DNA of 52,530 nt from positions 1-52,530 of the forward strand of contig JAUCBJ010002549.1 in the NCBI GenBank assembly GCA_032718475.1, read 5' to 3'. Below the pieces are notes generated by a model. That model saw only the letters and a program-made list of their open reading frames with translations. It was not told where the DNA came from and ran no database searches. Positions 49,160 through 52,530 of this stretch are shown one piece after another (the stretch's first letter is position 1; each line of letters starts with the position of its first letter). The DNA is from Nemertoderma westbladi. Taxonomy: Eukaryota > Animalia > Xenacoelomorpha. A program made the position numbers and the translations under genes.

Positions 49160-49740
49160 ACAGACAATTTGTAGGCTGAGCTGTTGTCTGATTGCTGTTA
49201 AGTCTGAACGGATTACAGTGTGTGTAGAGCACTTGTCCGATTAAGTACGATTAGGAAGTAGGGGCAGCGAACACAGTGAGGTAAACCCCCAACTAAAGAA
49301 TAAGTCGCACTACTGGGTTAGAGCGCATACTCCCTAATCATTTCGGAGTCTGCATGTCCTGTGGTTTATTTAGGCTTGAGAGTAGTCTGCCATCGTTTAG
49401 TCTGTACTTTGTTTGTGTAAGTCTGTACGGGTAGCGTATAATTTTATTTAGATAATTTGTAGGCTGGATAGTTGTCTGGCTGTTGTTAGGTCTGAACGGA
49501 TTGCCGCGTGTGTAGATCATCTGTCCGATTAAGTACGGTTAGGCAGTAAGGGCAGCGAACGCTCTAAGGTAAACCCCAACTAAAGAATAAGTCGCTCTAC
49601 TGGGTTAGAGCGCATACTCCCTAACCATTTCGGAGTCTGCATATACCGTAGTTTGTTTAGGCTTGATAGTAGTCTGTCAGTGTTCGGTCTGTATTTTGTT
49701 TGAGTAGTTTGTACGCGTAGCGTAATATTTATTATTCAGA
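49160..49740. repeat. Diverged tandem duplication, period about 288 bp
   Basis: GTCTGAACGGATT at 49202 and 49490; long shared blocks such as TACTGGGTTAGAGCGCATACTCCCTAA. Confidence 0.85.
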
Positions 49741-51052
49741 GTTTATGCGATTATTCGCAACATTCAAGTCCCCAAGTTTGTTCCTACAGTAATTGTGTTT
49801 GTTATACATACCGCTATAGTTAAATTAACCCCGGTACTACACGGGCTGCTCGGCGTAGGTAAAGACTGGTGATTTTGTGCATCGGTCACTCCAGCAGATG
49901 CCGTGGTTCTTTTAGCTGTTCAAGTATATTTAACTACTGATTATTTGTTGTACAAGTACTCGTACCTAATTTAGGGTTTAGTGTACAGTGCTTTCCTGAA
50001 GTAATTATTGTAGACATTATATTTGTGTTGTAAAGTGGTTGATAGGCACATTCGATTAGCTCTATTAACTTCTAGGTAGGAACACTCTGTGATACATAAC
50101 GTAGAACCTATAGCGATACGGCTATAGGTCGTCAGGCGGTGGTATTTTCCTATCTAGACAACGCAGTGTATTTACTACTACTTATTATTTCAAATACCGT
50201 AGTACCCTGTCCGTGTAATAACCAGTTTTCTAACCCTTTGTTAGGCTGGTTTGTAGACTTCTTGTAAAATTACCCTAAAAATTCGTATTTTGTGTTTTTT
50301 GTAAATTTTTTGTGTTTATTTAGAGATTGTAATCTCAACCCGAATTGTACGTAATTTGTAGTATTAAGTAACTTAGGTAAATTATTATTATTTGTTTTAG
50401 TGTCTCATAAGTAACACTTCATTGAAAGCGCACCGCTTTGTGTAGTGATTACCCCAGAAATAATAACATTTATTTCAAACATTGACAAAACCCACTAAAA
50501 CGGGTATATATATATTATAAATCAAATCTAACGATTTATAAATCGTAGGCCTACCATACAACCATTAGGTCTCAATATCAGTTGGATTACTGCTCAAATA
50601 ACGGTAATAAAGTAAGTAAAGTAACAAAGTAACCCTAAAGTAACAGAAATTCAATTATTTGAAATAATTGATATACCGGTATTTACGATAGGCCTATTAT
50701 CTTTATTTCTATAAATCTAGGCTGAAATTATACCGGTACTTGTAATTAATTCTATTTCAGAATTATATATCCTACAAACTGTAAGCTGTATACCGGTATT
50801 CCGATAGGCCTATTATATATTTATATATATTTGTGCTAAAATTATACCGGTATTCTGTGATAAACCTAGTCTGTAATAATACTTATATAGTTATATATAC
50901 TATAAGTATACCGGTATTCTAATATATTATATATATCACGCTACACTGAGTAGCAGTACCGGTAATTAATTACTAGGCTAACAGGTAATACTGAGTTACT
51001 AGACTTACTCAGACTGTAATACAGCAGTAGACATTCAACGGTATACATAGTC

Positions 51053-52530
51053 ATGTCTGATACTAAGCAGAACCTGTCAGACAGTTTATTAGATGTAACT
51101 ATCTGCGACTCAGATAGAGACGTACAAACGTCTGGTCGTAAATCCAGTTCACCTCCCACTGTGAGGAAGGTCATCCCTCCAGTAGTAATAACAGAACCTA
51201 GGCTGGTCCAACATCGTAGGTCTATCATAGGCACTCGAGCTCAGGTCAAGCGGGACCAAAAGGCAGCGGAACAGCAACAACCCGCTAGTCAAGAACTTAT
51301 TCCTCAGCGGCCCAGCAGCTCCAGTAGTGATGATACTGTAGAGCTGACACCCGAGAGCGGAGCAGAGATGACGGATGCGGTTTATACGGATCCCCTTCTC
51401 ATCCTTCCTGCAGCCGTGCTCGCTGGGTTATTGATCGCGGTGGAAGAACACCAGATTGATTGGACGAGAAGTCAACGGTCAACTAAAGATAACTACGCGG
51501 GATACACTAGTGAAGAACTGAAGTCTATTGTCGAGTCGCAATGGAACTTCCCCGGACCCGGACTCCCGTTTGATTTATCAGAAGCTGCCTGGGAAGACAT
51601 ACACCGGATGGGAGTAGCCAAGGAAACCATCGATCCAGCTGTATGGAAGAGGTCCGCAGCCGGATACGCACAGGGATTCTTCAGCTCTATGGAGCGAGTA
51701 GAGAGACAACTGTTTCAACAACCTCAAGGACCTCAAGAGCAGGGATCGCTGCTTTATCAAGTTAGAGAAAGAGTTCTGCGGATTAGGCTAATCTTATCCG
51801 CCTTTGAGGAGGCTTCTAAAAGAAGACAAGACACGTCGTTGCAAGTTGCCGTGAAGACTTGGTTTCAACGGGTGAGTCGCCAGGTTCAAGGAGCAGCTCA
51901 GTGGAAAGCTCAGTTGGAGGAGCGCTCAACCCATGGAGAATCAACAGACGCTACTTTTTCCCAAGTGGAAAGTGAAGCGACGGCAGAGAAACCGCATAAG
52001 AAGGATGCCATTGATATCTATCTGTCAGACTATCAGCGTTTTCTGGGAGATGAAGAGTTGAGGAGAAGGCTAGAGGGACTTAGCCCTAATAGCGAAGGAG
52101 CCAAACTTGTGTTAGATGCGATTGATGTGGATAGGTTAGCGGCGAACCAAGCTAAATTCGATGAACAACTCCGCATCGCTAGAGAAAAGGAAGAACAATT
52201 AAGGAAAAAGCGTATAGAAGACAGAAAGATAGCAGCAGTGGCAGAAGCAGAAAGAAAAGCGGCAGCGGCAGAGGCAAAAGCGGCAGCAGCAGAGGCAAAA
52301 GCGGCAGCAGTGGCGGAAGTAGAACGAAAAGCGGCTGAAGAGATCATCCAACTGGAGTTGGAAAATCTTCAAGAGAAGCAAGACAACTTCAATAAACAGT
52401 TAACAGCTAGTAATATGCAGATGATGAGTCGATCTACTCCCAAGAGACAGGGGTATACCTCATCTGAGGAAGGCGATACCACCGATACTGAAGGCGGAAG
52501 AAATCGATCTCGCCTAAGCAGACATAAAAG
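51053..52530 (+). CDS. Long intronless ORF (over 490 aa, open at window end); putative retroelement gag/ORF1 with coiled coil
   Basis: ATG at 51053 (MSDTKQNLSDSLLD...), no stop found to 52530 on manual translation; EAKAAAA repeats. Missing from the ORF track because the stop lies outside the window. Confidence 0.7.
   Translation, partial: MSDTKQNLSDSLLDVTICDSDRDVQTSGRKSSSPPTVRKVIPPVVITEPRLVQHRRSIIGTRAQVKRDQKAAEQQQPASQELIPQRPSSSSSDDTVELTPESGAEMTDAVYTDPLLILPAAVLAGLLIAVEEHQIDWTRSQRSTKDNYAGYTSEELKSIVESQWNFPGPGLPFDLSEAAWEDIHRMGVAKETIDPAVWKRSAAGYAQGFFSSMERVERQLFQQPQGPQEQGSLLYQVRERVLRIRLILSAFEEASKRRQDTSLQVAVKTWFQRVSRQVQGAAQWKAQLEERSTHGESTDATFSQVESEATAEKPHKKDAIDIYLSDYQRFLGDEELRRRLEGLSPNSEGAKLVLDAIDVDRLAANQAKFDEQLRIAREKEEQLRKKRIEDRKIAAVAEAERKAAAAEAKAAAAEAKAAAVAEVERKAAEEIIQLELENLQEKQDNFNKQLTASNMQMMSRSTPKRQGYTSSEEGDTTDTEGGRNRSRLSRHK

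Noticed and set aside
52033-52381. Minus-strand Ala/Cys-rich ORFs
   Set aside because: Antisense shadows of the plus-strand coiled-coil ORF.

Overview
AT-rich metazoan (invertebrate-type) genomic DNA, mostly nested transposable elements; no prokaryotic operons, rRNA or CRISPR. Two spliced host genes can be read from the sequence: a minus-strand ETX/MTX2 (aerolysin-type) pore-forming-toxin-like gene (three exons in 578-3797) and a small secreted PAN/apple-domain gene (30608-33945). TEs include five pieces of one young RTE-clade LINE with a (TAG)n tail, two CRE-clade elements sitting in a 17-bp satellite in the same phase, a Gypsy element with an inverted RNaseH-integrase block, a Tc1-like transposon split by a full-length RTE, CR1-like and Penelope-like fragments, several MITE/foldback elements, and a long gag-like ORF running off the window end. 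The most unusual feature is at 45580-46126: a 368-bp-period repeat with two minimal hammerhead ribozymes, each embedded inside a tRNA-like Pol III A/B-box head (retrozyme/SINE hybrid, predicted 368-nt self-cleaved RNA). A second, core-variant hammerhead lies in a Penelope pLTR at 41747-41786. All family calls come from motif recognition by eye; no database searches were run.
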